From IMG/VR virus record IMGVR_UViG_3300050821_013430, positions 186,001 to 250,000 of that record: a stretch of DNA of 64,000 bases. One strand, written 5' to 3'. Each line of letters begins with the position of its first letter. Position 1 is the first letter of the stretch. A program made the translations under genes and the position numbers. Positions 28,799 to 38,444 of this stretch are shown piece after piece. The notes beneath the pieces were generated by a model. The model was not told the DNA's origin, did no database searches, and saw nothing but the letters and a program-made list of their open reading frames with translations.

Positions 28799-29257
28799 TT
28801 ACTTAGTCTTTTTAACGGCTTTCTTAGTGTTTGGCAGTTTGATATTGTATAGTTTGCTAAGGGCTTCTTTTTGAGCGGAGGACAAAGATTGGACAAGATC
28901 AAATTCAGATTGTTTCTCTTTGATCTTTTCTTGCTCTTGTTCAGCGATTATCTGCATATTTATCATCGCATCCTTATAGGATAGTTGAAAATCAGTTGCC
29001 AAACGTTTTGCTATACTCTTGACTTTTTGCTGAAAAGCGCTCGATGCCAATATTAGTTCTGTCAAATGATCTTTATTTGGCACTGACTTACCAACATAAT
29101 TTTGGCATTCCTCAGGGTTATTCTCAAATAATTGATCAAAATAGGTAGGGACGTCTTCTACATACTGACCATCAGCAAAAGCAAGATCAGTCCCAGACAA
29201 AAAATCGTTCAATAATGATTTGCATTTTTTATCGGTTAGTGTTTTTTTTGTTGTCAT
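28799..29257 (-). CDS. Hypothetical protein
   Basis: ORF track, coupled. Confidence 0.5.
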   Translation of the reverse strand: MTTKKTLTDKKCKSLLNDFLSGTDLAFADGQYVEDVPTYFDQLFENNPEECQNYVGKSVPNKDHLTELILASSAFQQKVKSIAKRLATDFQLSYKDAMINMQIIAEQEQEKIKEKQSEFDLVQSLSSAQKEALSKLYNIKLPNTKKAVKKTK

Positions 29258-29649
29258 TTTGCTTCTTTCACTTTTACATTGGGGTATTTTTCCAACAACG
29301 CTTTCAGCGTTTTGCGTTCTTCTTTTTCTTTATCTTCTTTTGCCTTTTGTTCGCGTCCCAAGCGTTTGGCTTCTTGTTTGTCGAAGGCTTGCCGCTCTTT
29401 GTTGGACATCGGGGCCCTATACGACAAGTATAGTTCTTGATATCCTTCTTCCCAGCCGGTAGTCGATACTTGTAATTGAATATCGGATATCTCTCCGTAT
29501 CTTTTATATAGATCGTCAATATGATTATCTATTTGGGCGATATGCTGACCTATCTTCTTTTCGTAATCGGTCATTGTATAAGTGCCATCTGCTATAACAA
29601 AAGGCCCAGTAATTTGTTCTGATATCACTTTGCTATATTTATTATCCAT
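29254..29649 (-). CDS. Hypothetical protein with charged C-terminal helix
   Basis: Start trimmed to MDNKY. Confidence 0.5.
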   Translation of the reverse strand: MDNKYSKVISEQITGPFVIADGTYTMTDYEKKIGQHIAQIDNHIDDLYKRYGEISDIQLQVSTTGWEEGYQELYLSYRAPMSNKERQAFDKQEAKRLGREQKAKEDKEKEERKTLKALLEKYPNVKVKEAK

Positions 29650-29650
29650 A

Positions 29651-29923
29651 TCAATGCACCTTCTTACACTGCGGGCAACGGTCAATTCCGACCTGCATCT
29701 CTTTGACCACCGTATCAATCGGACAGCCATCCTTCGCGTAGTAGATGAAATCGGTTTTATCGAAATCGGGACGGACGAAATACTCATCAATTCGAGCATA
29801 TGCTTTGACCGTGCAGCCCTTGCACAGACACGCGTAGATGTCCATAAGCGGATACGACTCATAACTATCGGTAATCCGAACATCACTCCGCTTGCAGAGA
29901 TTGCAAATATCGAAGATCATCAA
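29651..29923 (-). CDS. Cys-rich hypothetical with C-terminal CPQCKKVH tag
   Basis: ORF track. Confidence 0.55.
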   Translation of the reverse strand: MMIFDICNLCKRSDVRITDSYESYPLMDIYACLCKGCTVKAYARIDEYFVRPDFDKTDFIYYAKDGCPIDTVVKEMQVGIDRCPQCKKVH

Positions 29924-30357
29924 TGCACCAAATTACACTGAGGACATCGGAGGGTGCGCAGGCGATCGACCGCATCGCTATATTCATTACCATAAGCAAC
30001 CAGCATCGGGTGATCTGGTGATTTGGCGGTAAGTTTCATCTCTTGATACATCTCTTTGGAACAATCAGGACAGAGATAAAAGAAACGTGAATCGATCGTC
30101 GAAGGGACTGAGATGTCTTTTTTGCAGAGATCACATTTAGAGGATATCATAGGTACCTGAATAGTTTGGAAGGTAATATTAGGGATGGTGTAAGTCGTAA
30201 GTGGAATATACTGCGTATAGTATGGATAGGTATAAGTAGTCGTATTCGTATTGAAATACGTTCCCGTACCAGTGAAAAAGGAATTAGTAAGAAGTGTAGA
30301 AGTTCCGGTGGTGGTGTATTGATAATAGCCGGTATTGATGGGAAAAGTTGATGTCAT
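29920..30357 (-). CDS. Thr/Tyr-rich hypothetical with C-terminal CPQCNLVH tag
   Basis: ORF track. Confidence 0.55.
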   Translation of the reverse strand: MTSTFPINTGYYQYTTTGTSTLLTNSFFTGTGTYFNTNTTTYTYPYYTQYIPLTTYTIPNITFQTIQVPMISSKCDLCKKDISVPSTIDSRFFYLCPDCSKEMYQEMKLTAKSPDHPMLVAYGNEYSDAVDRLRTLRCPQCNLVH

Positions 30358-30372
30358 TGTTTAGTCTCTTAG

Positions 30373-30624
30373 TTAGGGGTGTTCTTTGCCGCACTGAGGA
30401 CAGTTTGGTCTCTCGGCCTTCATTTTGATAACGGTTTCATCGGCCATACTGGTGAGAGGATAATAGTATCCGTTGATTACTGTCGGATCGGTCGGGCCCC
30501 AATGACTGCCTGTTTTGGCCCAACAAGTGTTGAGCATTTCGGCAGCACAGATGGGGCATAGCACCCGATAGTGTTGTTCAAAATCTTTGTCAAACCCCGG
30601 CTTGTTGCATAATTCACAGTTCAT
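30373..30624 (-). CDS. Cys-rich hypothetical with C-terminal CPQCGKEH tag
   Basis: ATGA overlap. Confidence 0.55.
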   Translation of the reverse strand: MNCELCNKPGFDKDFEQHYRVLCPICAAEMLNTCWAKTGSHWGPTDPTVINGYYYPLTSMADETVIKMKAERPNCPQCGKEHP

Positions 30625-30842
30625 TGATGGCTTTCTCCACATTGAGGACAATAACCATTGTCTTTCTTGAAAGAGATGATCATACTATCAACAGCGCTCG
30701 TGGCTGCATATCCAAACCAATCGGCGGAATAAATATCACCGAATGTTTTCGATAACCCTGCTTTATAGAAGCATTCCCGGCAAATAACCCTATTCCAAGA
30801 GCCTGAGGAATACCCAGGCTTTTTACACATCTCACACTTCAT
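30621..30842 (-). CDS. Cys-rich hypothetical with C-terminal CPQCGESH tag
   Basis: TGATG overlap with IscA-like gene. Confidence 0.55.
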   Translation of the reverse strand: MKCEMCKKPGYSSGSWNRVICRECFYKAGLSKTFGDIYSADWFGYAATSAVDSMIISFKKDNGYCPQCGESHQ

Positions 30843-31165
30843 CAGAAAGCCACCGATTTTCCGCAGCCGCAAGAGCCTTCGGCAAGAGGCGAATTGAAAC
30901 GAAATCCTGAAGACATCAATCCATCTTCGTAATCTACCGTCGTGCCCTCTAAGTATTGGGCGGACATACTATCGATCACGATCTTGACGCCATCCTGCTC
31001 GGTGATCTCATCCATTTCGTTGGTGATATCATCGAACATCATATCGCGGGTAAATCCCGAACAGCCCCCGCCTTTGACGCAAATTCGGATGCTGAGATGT
31101 CCAATATCCATCTCTTCCGACATCTCTTTCAGTTTAGCGACTGCTTTTTCAGTTAGTATAATCAC
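30842..31165 (-). CDS. A-type Fe-S cluster carrier (IscA/ErpA/HesB family)
   Basis: LTEKAV...GGGCSGF...IDxxSxxYLEGTTVDY...F.FNSP...GSCGCGKS. Confidence 0.92.
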   Translation of the reverse strand: MIILTEKAVAKLKEMSEEMDIGHLSIRICVKGGGCSGFTRDMMFDDITNEMDEITEQDGVKIVIDSMSAQYLEGTTVDYEDGLMSSGFRFNSPLAEGSCGCGKSVAF

Positions 31166-32313
31166 GAATATTCCCTTCCCATCTTACGAGCGCCCATTTC
31201 ATCTTTTCCTGTCCCCCAAGATACATAAGAAATGTCTTTGCCGGTTGCCGTTTCAATTAGACAAATGAAATCCTTATAGGCTTCATCTCCAATTTCTTTC
31301 CATCCCTTTTCCTGAGAAATGATCGGTTTGGCTGAAAAGAAATCCTGACCTGAAATTGGATCGCCCTGTTCATAACTTAGACATACGGGTATGGTGTCCA
31401 TACCAGTTAGAATATCCAATTTGGTTAGAATAAGGCGATCAATAGTGCTCTTAGAAAGAGCATAGCGTAATGCTGGCAAATCAATTCCTCCAATTCGCCG
31501 CGGTCTATTCGTTGTAGCGCCTTTTTCATTCCCGCGCTTTCTAATCTCATCACCCCACTCATTCTTCTGCTCCGTTGGTAGTGGCATATTACCCACTGCC
31601 GTAAAATAGGGTTTGATACAAGCATAAGTATTACTGGGCAAAAATCGAGCAAATCCTGAATTATAGATACCGTTCAATGAGCACTCGCCCGATGAAACAT
31701 AAGGATATGGCCCAAAAGGAATTTCGAGTAGTATCCCTTGTCCGCCCTCGAAGATCAAATCGCTTTGTTGGAAGGTCTCATACATTTCCGACACATACTT
31801 GAATTGCACGCCAAGTTTTTGCAGAGATTGTATCACTTCGGTTTTGTCTTTGATGAGGGCGGATAGTTTGGTGCCGCAACGATTGATCCGATCTGAAAGG
31901 CAAGGCGTGATTCCCTTTCCGGTTGATCCAATGCGCACAACATTTTCTTTGTCCTGCTCTTTATGCTTCGGCAGGACAACGAATGCATCGGGATCAACAA
32001 TTGTTCTGGCAGCGGCTCCGGGAAATAATTCCTCAGTTTCTTGCACTTCTTGCAAAAATGCGTCCGGATCAATTGCCACACCGGATGCCAAAAAGGCGTG
32101 AGCATCGGGATTAGAAAAATCAGTCGAAGGTAAGAGATGCCGAACAATTTTGACGCCATTATGGTATAATGTATGGCCACAATTTGCCCCACCACCGAAA
32201 CGGACAACATAATGACGCTGATGATATTTATGCTGCGACCAGTATAATGTCGCCCTGCCTTTTCCGTTATCACCAAAGGCTGCGTCGAGTATTGCTATGT
32301 TGTCGGTTCTCAT
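31162..32313 (-). CDS. purA: Adenylosuccinate synthetase
   Basis: FGDNGKG (catalytic Asp kept), GGGANCGHT, EGGQG, YPYVSS, GATTNRPRR, LTKLDIL. Confidence 0.85.
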   Translation of the reverse strand: MRTDNIAILDAAFGDNGKGRATLYWSQHKYHQRHYVVRFGGGANCGHTLYHNGVKIVRHLLPSTDFSNPDAHAFLASGVAIDPDAFLQEVQETEELFPGAAARTIVDPDAFVVLPKHKEQDKENVVRIGSTGKGITPCLSDRINRCGTKLSALIKDKTEVIQSLQKLGVQFKYVSEMYETFQQSDLIFEGGQGILLEIPFGPYPYVSSGECSLNGIYNSGFARFLPSNTYACIKPYFTAVGNMPLPTEQKNEWGDEIRKRGNEKGATTNRPRRIGGIDLPALRYALSKSTIDRLILTKLDILTGMDTIPVCLSYEQGDPISGQDFFSAKPIISQEKGWKEIGDEAYKDFICLIETATGKDISYVSWGTGKDEMGARKMGREYS

Positions 32314-33287
32314 TGATTTTCCTCATCCTGAGTGGCGATTTCTTCTTCGGATACATTTGTCTGCTCTTCTACATTGAACTCCGGATCACAATCAAAGCAG
32401 ATTTCATCCTCACCCTCTATCAATTCTTCTCCACATTCACCACAATGGGCTGAGATGTTGTAGTCATTACAATCTTCGCACATATCCCCGCCCTCATCAA
32501 TTTCAATGCCACATTCTTGACAAGTAGTGATATCGCTTTCTTCTGAGGTGCTTTCTTCTTCCGGCATCGAGTACAACGGCTCCGAGCGCTCCTGATCAAC
32601 CACACGCAGTACCTTGTACTTGCATACACGAATTTTCTGGTTGAGGTCATTAGGCACCGAAACTACATCGGCGGGATCGACTTCCACTTCCAACATTGGG
32701 CCATCACCATAAAAACCAAAAGCGTATGACCAACAAGCAGCGTGATACCCACTGCCACAATGTTTATCGGGATTATCTTCTACTTGCTCACGAGGCATCT
32801 CCAAGATTTGGCCAGGAGTATTATCGAAGGTGCCAGTATGACAATCCTTGAAATCCCATCTTACTTTCTTGTATAGAATGATATTTCCGTTCGGGCATAT
32901 TGGTTGGTTATTCTTCTCCAAAAAGGCATATAATTCTTGTCGCGAGCGTTCTGATGGATTGTTGCCTAATTTCTCGGTGAAACGCATCAGCGGCTCGTAT
33001 GGCAGCCCATCGTTCATAAAGTCAGCGATTTTCTGGGCTACCACCGGATGGGCCTCGGTGCCATTGACCATCGCCTTACCTTCTTGGACGGTGAAAACGC
33101 CTTTGCTACCGGTCTCCAAACGCTTGGCACGGTCAATCAGACCCTCGACTTTCTCGTAATCTTTGGATTTGAGGACATCAATGAGTTCGGAGGCTAAGGT
33201 CTCTCGACGACTGATGATATGGGTTTGCCCGTCGTAATTGACAACGACATTTTGGTTAGAGATGATCCAATTTACTTCTGTTTGCAT
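32310..33287 (-). CDS. rIIB: RIIB-like protein with acidic Cys-rich C-terminal extension
   Basis: NNPSERS..ELY.FL, YKKV...DCHTG.FDN.PG...MPR..V.DNP...C..G.H. Confidence 0.8.
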   Translation of the reverse strand: MQTEVNWIISNQNVVVNYDGQTHIISRRETLASELIDVLKSKDYEKVEGLIDRAKRLETGSKGVFTVQEGKAMVNGTEAHPVVAQKIADFMNDGLPYEPLMRFTEKLGNNPSERSRQELYAFLEKNNQPICPNGNIILYKKVRWDFKDCHTGTFDNTPGQILEMPREQVEDNPDKHCGSGYHAACWSYAFGFYGDGPMLEVEVDPADVVSVPNDLNQKIRVCKYKVLRVVDQERSEPLYSMPEEESTSEESDITTCQECGIEIDEGGDMCEDCNDYNISAHCGECGEELIEGEDEICFDCDPEFNVEEQTNVSEEEIATQDEENQ

Positions 33288-35392
33288 TTTGAGGCTCCTT
33301 GTGCCGTATCGATTAGGTTGATGTATTGTATAAACGCTGGTGAAAGGTTGTTCTTTGAATAGTAATCCAATGAATTGATTAGAGGGTATGTGCTCTCTAC
33401 ATTCAGCCGAAGTAAGTCAGCGTCTAACTCTGGGTTTTTCTTGTACCAGGCTTGGATTGCCTTGGTGGGCACGGTTTTGCCCAAACTTGTGTAAGCGTTG
33501 TACAATGCTCCGTACTTGTTGCGCACTTCCAGTAGTTTGGCTATTGCGTTGTGATATCGAACAAACAAAGACTTCTTGTTGATAAATAAGTCCTTCTTCT
33601 TCTCGAAGAGTTCAATCATTGCTGTTTTAGGAAAGTTGTAGTTAGTGCAGGCGACTTGTATTTGCTCCATATCTAACTTGGAATCCGCCCCGAAAATCTT
33701 GTCCACGAAGTCTACGAAAGTTTGCGCCTTGGGAAAGACTTCCTTGATCCTGGCTTCTGGTATCTTCTCATCCACCCCATAGAAAGAGGTCTTGGGCGAG
33801 AGGTTTGCCAAATTGGTGAATAAGTCATTACGAATGCACAAAGCATTATAGAGAGACGAGCGCTCGCCGTTCCATTCATCTCGTTTTAGAGGACATAGCA
33901 CCTTATCAGCGGCATCGTTTTCGACCTCCGCCGCTGGCAGCATACGGAAGGCCCCATTGACAAACTTGAATACGAGCAGGCGCGTGCTCGTACTTGCCTT
34001 TCGCTTCTTGGGAAGCGTGAGATCCACGGTAGAGAGTTTCTGCGTTCCTAATTCAGTTAGATGCAGTTTCTTGTCTAAGGCATCAAAAGAAGGAATAGAT
34101 TCGTGATGATAAGCGGAAAGAATGCAGATATGTTCTACGGTAGGATTGTTGGCAAACAATGGCTTGATCAGATTGGTATTGATCTCGATAGTCTTGACAT
34201 CCAAATCATTGAAATAGAACAACGCCTTATCGAGAATACGCATTGAGTACTTGGTAGAACGAAAGGTTTGAGTTGTTCCTGATTCTCGGCAAAACTCTAT
34301 GATGATAGCCTTATCATTGTAATAATCGAGTTTGATACCGTTGTACAATAACTCAGCCCCCTGCCAGGACAAGGGTTTGAGAAAGTTCGTTGAATTGAAT
34401 TCCGGTTGGATCGTTTCTGCCCAAAGACAATTTGCTTCGTAGTATGAGGCACATTGGCTGATTCGCTTCTCAATACTGGACTTGATCTCTCCAATAACGG
34501 AATTGAGTGTCGCGACAATCTTGGCTTGGGTGGGGGCGTCCAAATGCACCGTCTCTCTATTAGCCGAAAGAGAGAGTTCGCCAGTCTTGAAAAGAAGGTA
34601 GAGGGTACCGTTTAGGCTATTCCAAAATTCTTGGTTCTTGAAACTCTTCAATTGATGGACATCTAATGGGTATTCGATCTCATCGATGATTAGCCCAACA
34701 CTTCGATAGTCATCATAAAGACCATCCGTGATCATCCAATTAGCGCCAGAAACGGCAGGTTTGATCTCCTCCCATTTCCAGCCAGTGTCGTTCTTGATGA
34801 TGGGCTTGACTTTCCAATGACGACATACTGCTTGTGTATGCTCGGCAAAGGAACGAAAGTCTTGCCCCTTGACTTCGATGATGATCTCGGTACCATTGGG
34901 ATCGTCAGTAGAGATTTTGGAAAGGAGCACGATCTTGCCTACCTGAGTTTCATCGATGACACAGGCGTAGTTGTACTTGGTGCCATCAACGATAGTTTCA
35001 ATGGTGAAAGTATCGGTATATGCGAGGGGAACTTTGGCCCCAATTCCAAAACCACCCACTTGGGTGTTAGAGCCTCGTTTAGAAGAGGAACCAAACTTGA
35101 CGAAAATGTTCTCCATTCGATCCGGGGAGATGCCCGGGCCCCAATCCTTGATCTTATACCAAGGCTCAAAGGCGGTAGGTAAAGTGATCTGAATTGGATG
35201 TTCGGCCTTTCCAACTTCTCGATGAGCATCCACTGCATTGGATGCGACTTCGCGGCAAATAGAGGAAATTGGGTTTGAGTAGAGTTTATTCCTGAGGATA
35301 TCAAAGACCATCCCCAAATCACCAATAGAGAAAAAGTTCTCCTTGAAATTTCCGGAGGATTCAATCGTGGGTTTGATTGTATTGAGTATCAT
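33272..35392 (-). CDS. rIIA: RIIA-like protein (N-terminal GHKL/HSP90-type ATPase domain)
   Basis: LYSNPISSICREVASNAVDAH, IKDWGPGIS, GGFGIGAK; directly upstream of rIIB. Confidence 0.8.
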   Translation of the reverse strand: MILNTIKPTIESSGNFKENFFSIGDLGMVFDILRNKLYSNPISSICREVASNAVDAHREVGKAEHPIQITLPTAFEPWYKIKDWGPGISPDRMENIFVKFGSSSKRGSNTQVGGFGIGAKVPLAYTDTFTIETIVDGTKYNYACVIDETQVGKIVLLSKISTDDPNGTEIIIEVKGQDFRSFAEHTQAVCRHWKVKPIIKNDTGWKWEEIKPAVSGANWMITDGLYDDYRSVGLIIDEIEYPLDVHQLKSFKNQEFWNSLNGTLYLLFKTGELSLSANRETVHLDAPTQAKIVATLNSVIGEIKSSIEKRISQCASYYEANCLWAETIQPEFNSTNFLKPLSWQGAELLYNGIKLDYYNDKAIIIEFCRESGTTQTFRSTKYSMRILDKALFYFNDLDVKTIEINTNLIKPLFANNPTVEHICILSAYHHESIPSFDALDKKLHLTELGTQKLSTVDLTLPKKRKASTSTRLLVFKFVNGAFRMLPAAEVENDAADKVLCPLKRDEWNGERSSLYNALCIRNDLFTNLANLSPKTSFYGVDEKIPEARIKEVFPKAQTFVDFVDKIFGADSKLDMEQIQVACTNYNFPKTAMIELFEKKKDLFINKKSLFVRYHNAIAKLLEVRNKYGALYNAYTSLGKTVPTKAIQAWYKKNPELDADLLRLNVESTYPLINSLDYYSKNNLSPAFIQYINLIDTAQGASKCKQK

Positions 35393-35432
35393 TCAATTCA
35401 CCGTAATATGCCCGACCAATTGTCGAGCGGAT

Positions 35433-35461
35433 AGTGTAATGTCGAAGGAAAAGCACGTCAA
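35433..35461 (-). promoter_or_regulatory. Sigma70-type promoter TTGACG-17-TACACT upstream of rIIA
   Basis: Intergenic consensus match. Confidence 0.5.
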
Positions 35462-35469
35462 TGATCTGC

Positions 35470-35970
35470 TCATTCTTTCGATTTGAGTTGGCTAACGCCG
35501 AATAACTGACGGGCCAGATCATTGACTTCCCGTCGCACGAAGTGTAAGTCCTTGTAAGTGATCGGGCCAAATGGCCCCATTTTAGGTTGTTGGCCATCTT
35601 CCGTTTTCTCCAACATCACGGGAGATAAGTCTTCGCCTTCGAGATTGGTATCGAAAGAAAGCCACCAAGTTTGGGTAGGAGCGTAGGCTTTATCTATGGT
35701 GGCTAATTTGCCCACATAGGAGATGCCACCATACACTTCCATCTCTAAAAACCACTTGAATTCGAGCAATTGATCGAAGGTCTTGTTGTGAGCGGGATGG
35801 CCCTTAGGAAGGCCCACGAAGCCCTTCCAGGTGCCCGAGACGGGTTCTCGGAGGGCAAGGCAGGGGAAAGTGTGGCGATACCAGAAACAAAGATCGGGCT
35901 CTCTTCTCTTCCAAATTCCATCTGGAAGTGAAGATTTATCAAAAAATTCTATTCTAATTAGATTAGACAT
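35470..35970 (-). CDS. Conserved phage hypothetical protein
   Basis: GFVGLPKGHP...VYGGISY...WWLSFD pattern. Confidence 0.55.
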   Translation of the reverse strand: MSNLIRIEFFDKSSLPDGIWKRREPDLCFWYRHTFPCLALREPVSGTWKGFVGLPKGHPAHNKTFDQLLEFKWFLEMEVYGGISYVGKLATIDKAYAPTQTWWLSFDTNLEGEDLSPVMLEKTEDGQQPKMGPFGPITYKDLHFVRREVNDLARQLFGVSQLKSKE

Positions 35971-35974
35971 AAGG

Positions 35975-36889
35975 TTATTTATCTTTCTTATGCCTTTTTC
36001 TAAGCACTCCGTCTAATATATTTTGCTTAGCACTTAGTGGTCGTAGATTTTCCAATGACCAACATTTCTTGAAATTCTCATCTTCCATAGAAGAATACGG
36101 AAGATCAGATTGAGGAATAATATGATCAATTTGCCAAGTCCAAGTGGCAGGATCATTATCATCCCAAGTATCTACTTTATACATTCCGTGGTTATTTCTA
36201 TTCATCCAAGTATTTTCTCCGATCATTTGAGATGTCAAATGGTCTATAAGTTGATACATAGTATAACCAAGATATTTCATAATAGATTGTTCATATTTTG
36301 AACTATCACTTCTTTTGATCATTCTCCATATAGCATTAGAAAATAATATTCTAAAAGCAAATGCCAAATCATTTTTTCTTCGTTTTCTTCTATTTTTATT
36401 TATTTTTTCTTTGTTCTTATATTGTTCTCTATACTTTTTACCATATGCTCTATGATATTCTCGATTTTGTTGGCGATATTCTTTATGTTTTTTATTTATG
36501 TTTTCTTTATTTGCTTGATAATATTCTTTGGATTGGGCATTTTTGGCTTCTCTATTTTCTTCACGATATTTTTTATGCTGAACAGCAATTTTTTCTTTAT
36601 TTTTTTGATAAGATCGTCTATTTCCGGCATTTAGTTTTTCTTTATTTTCTGCTCTTTTTGCCGCAAGTTTTTCTTCATTTTCTTTTCTATATTTCTTTAC
36701 ACGGACACTAATTTCTTCTTTATGTTCCTGATGATATGTTCTACTATATTGATTTAGTTTTTCTTTATGAGTTGCATTATATATGCGTTTTTGTTCTTTT
36801 CGGCAAGACTTACACACATTTCTACCTTTTTCGAAAAGGTCAGGAGACCCCGACAAATTGCATTTTATACAAATTTTTATATCAGTCAT
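35975..36889 (-). CDS. HNH-family endonuclease with long Y-x-E-x-N-K-E-K repeat helix (paralog 1)
   Basis: N-terminal CIKC...CKSC; C-terminal WQIDHIIPQSDLPY...CWSLENLRPL. Confidence 0.7.
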   Translation of the reverse strand: MTDIKICIKCNLSGSPDLFEKGRNVCKSCRKEQKRIYNATHKEKLNQYSRTYHQEHKEEISVRVKKYRKENEEKLAAKRAENKEKLNAGNRRSYQKNKEKIAVQHKKYREENREAKNAQSKEYYQANKENINKKHKEYRQQNREYHRAYGKKYREQYKNKEKINKNRRKRRKNDLAFAFRILFSNAIWRMIKRSDSSKYEQSIMKYLGYTMYQLIDHLTSQMIGENTWMNRNNHGMYKVDTWDDNDPATWTWQIDHIIPQSDLPYSSMEDENFKKCWSLENLRPLSAKQNILDGVLRKRHKKDK

Positions 36890-37016
36890 TGCAAAATAGT
36901 GTCATTTAGAGGGGCGGAAGAGATGTCTAACCCAGCGCCCAACACTATATATCGCCCAAACCAAGAACGAAGAAACAAAGAGTAATCGCAGTAATGGAAT
37001 GGCAAAATCAATCATC

Positions 37017-38444
37017 TCAATCACCTAACTTATAGACCTTTCCGAAGGGAGCGACAAAATCTCCCTCATTAGTAATTAGCCAGAATACGGGCACCTGAGG
37101 GTTTTTCATCTTGGCCAAATCCTCATCGAGTAATCCGCCATCAGTAATCACGATTAGGAAATCGGCTTGACCCAGGTGCTTCTTATACTCATCGAAGTAG
37201 GATGCGAGCACCGTACCTCCGCGTCCCACCGGTTTCAGGTTTTGCAGAGTCGTCTTATTGAAGCGTTGCAGTTTGATAGCCTTATCCCAATACACTTTGG
37301 CATCGGCATAGACTATGCTTCCTTCGGCTCGTTGGTCTAATGATTGCAACTGCGATACTCCGTAGGCCATATTGTCTTTGGACATTGACATAGAGGTATC
37401 GAGAAGGCAGGCAAATTTGCAGCGCTGATCAATGCGTTTAGGTATTAGCAAGCCTGCAAAGAAAGCACGAGAACGAAAGCGTGTCCAGTCATTTTGAGAA
37501 TGACCATCACGAGATCGAAGCATTTGGGCACGAATAGCGTCCTGAAACCTAATCTTGGGAGCCAATAATGCCCCTAATTCATCTTCCAAGGCTCCCGGCA
37601 CCTTGCCCGCCATTCGTTTGGTCATATCCATCGCACGAGCGATCCGTTTGGCCATTTCTTCTTGGCTTTCCTCGGCGTCCATATGTTCATCAATGGTGCC
37701 CCCAAAATCGAAAACGCTACTATCAGGATACTTGGTTTGCAAATCCAAGAGATACTGGTAGATTTTCTCCGGTGAGCGCATCGCTTCCGGCAGTTTGGGA
37801 TCGGCAAAGAAAAACTTGACCATCTTGGTCTTTTCTTCCATTGCGTCTTTTTCTTGCTGAGTGAGGTCTCGATTTTCTTCCGGATGCGGCATCGGGAGAG
37901 AAGGCATTTCCATATCAGGATCGACCAGAACGGTATCGAAATCATCCGGAATGGCCTTTGGGTCTTTACATAACTCTTCTAATTGACTAAGGGTAAGAAA
38001 GTTGCCAAGTTCCTTCTTGAAGGTAGCGGCAGGGTCTCTACCGCGAAGTTTGAGATCGTCCATTACGGTAAAATTGACCAAATAATCAACAGCGATGTTC
38101 CAAAGGTGAGGATCACGACGACCTCGACGCTGGGCATGCATATACAGGCAGTGCCATGCCTCATGACAACAAATTAATCGTAATCCGAGCAAAGACTTAG
38201 AAAGTATAAAATGGATGTTCCAAAAAAATTTACGGCCTGTTGTTGCGGCAGTGGGAACATGCGTTGTAGCAATATGCTCAACGGGAAACATTAGAGCAAA
38301 TAATAAAGGAGACCCTCCCAAACCAGTTCCAATGGATGATGGTTTAGGATTTAGGCCAAGTTCTAAAAAAATCTTTTCTAATTTCTTCTCAGCCTGACAA
38401 ATGAGATCGGGCTCAATTTTACCAATAATTTTTGAGAATTTCAT
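37017..38444 (-). CDS. DUF2201-type metallopeptidase-like + VWA domain protein
   Basis: PTAAT.G, CHEAWH (HExxH), WNIAVDYLVN; MIDAS DTSMSMS, GRGGT, ITDG. Confidence 0.8.
   Translation of the reverse strand: MKFSKIIGKIEPDLICQAEKKLEKIFLELGLNPKPSSIGTGLGGSPLLFALMFPVEHIATTHVPTAATTGRKFFWNIHFILSKSLLGLRLICCHEAWHCLYMHAQRRGRRDPHLWNIAVDYLVNFTVMDDLKLRGRDPAATFKKELGNFLTLSQLEELCKDPKAIPDDFDTVLVDPDMEMPSLPMPHPEENRDLTQQEKDAMEEKTKMVKFFFADPKLPEAMRSPEKIYQYLLDLQTKYPDSSVFDFGGTIDEHMDAEESQEEMAKRIARAMDMTKRMAGKVPGALEDELGALLAPKIRFQDAIRAQMLRSRDGHSQNDWTRFRSRAFFAGLLIPKRIDQRCKFACLLDTSMSMSKDNMAYGVSQLQSLDQRAEGSIVYADAKVYWDKAIKLQRFNKTTLQNLKPVGRGGTVLASYFDEYKKHLGQADFLIVITDGGLLDEDLAKMKNPQVPVFWLITNEGDFVAPFGKVYKLGD

Noticed and set aside
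31162-32313. PurZ (2-aminoadenine Z-genome pathway)
   Set aside because: The catalytic Asp is retained (FGDNGKG) where PurZ has Ser, the aspartate-loop Arg is retained (ATTNRPRR), and no DatZ/MazZ-like neighbours are visible. Called PurA.
36361-36711. Hydrophobic Phe-rich plus-strand ORFs (also 38996..39217) as membrane proteins
   Set aside because: They are antisense shadows of Lys/Glu/Asn-rich repeat regions in the HNH genes. Most other short plus-strand ORFs in the track likewise shadow well-supported minus-strand genes.
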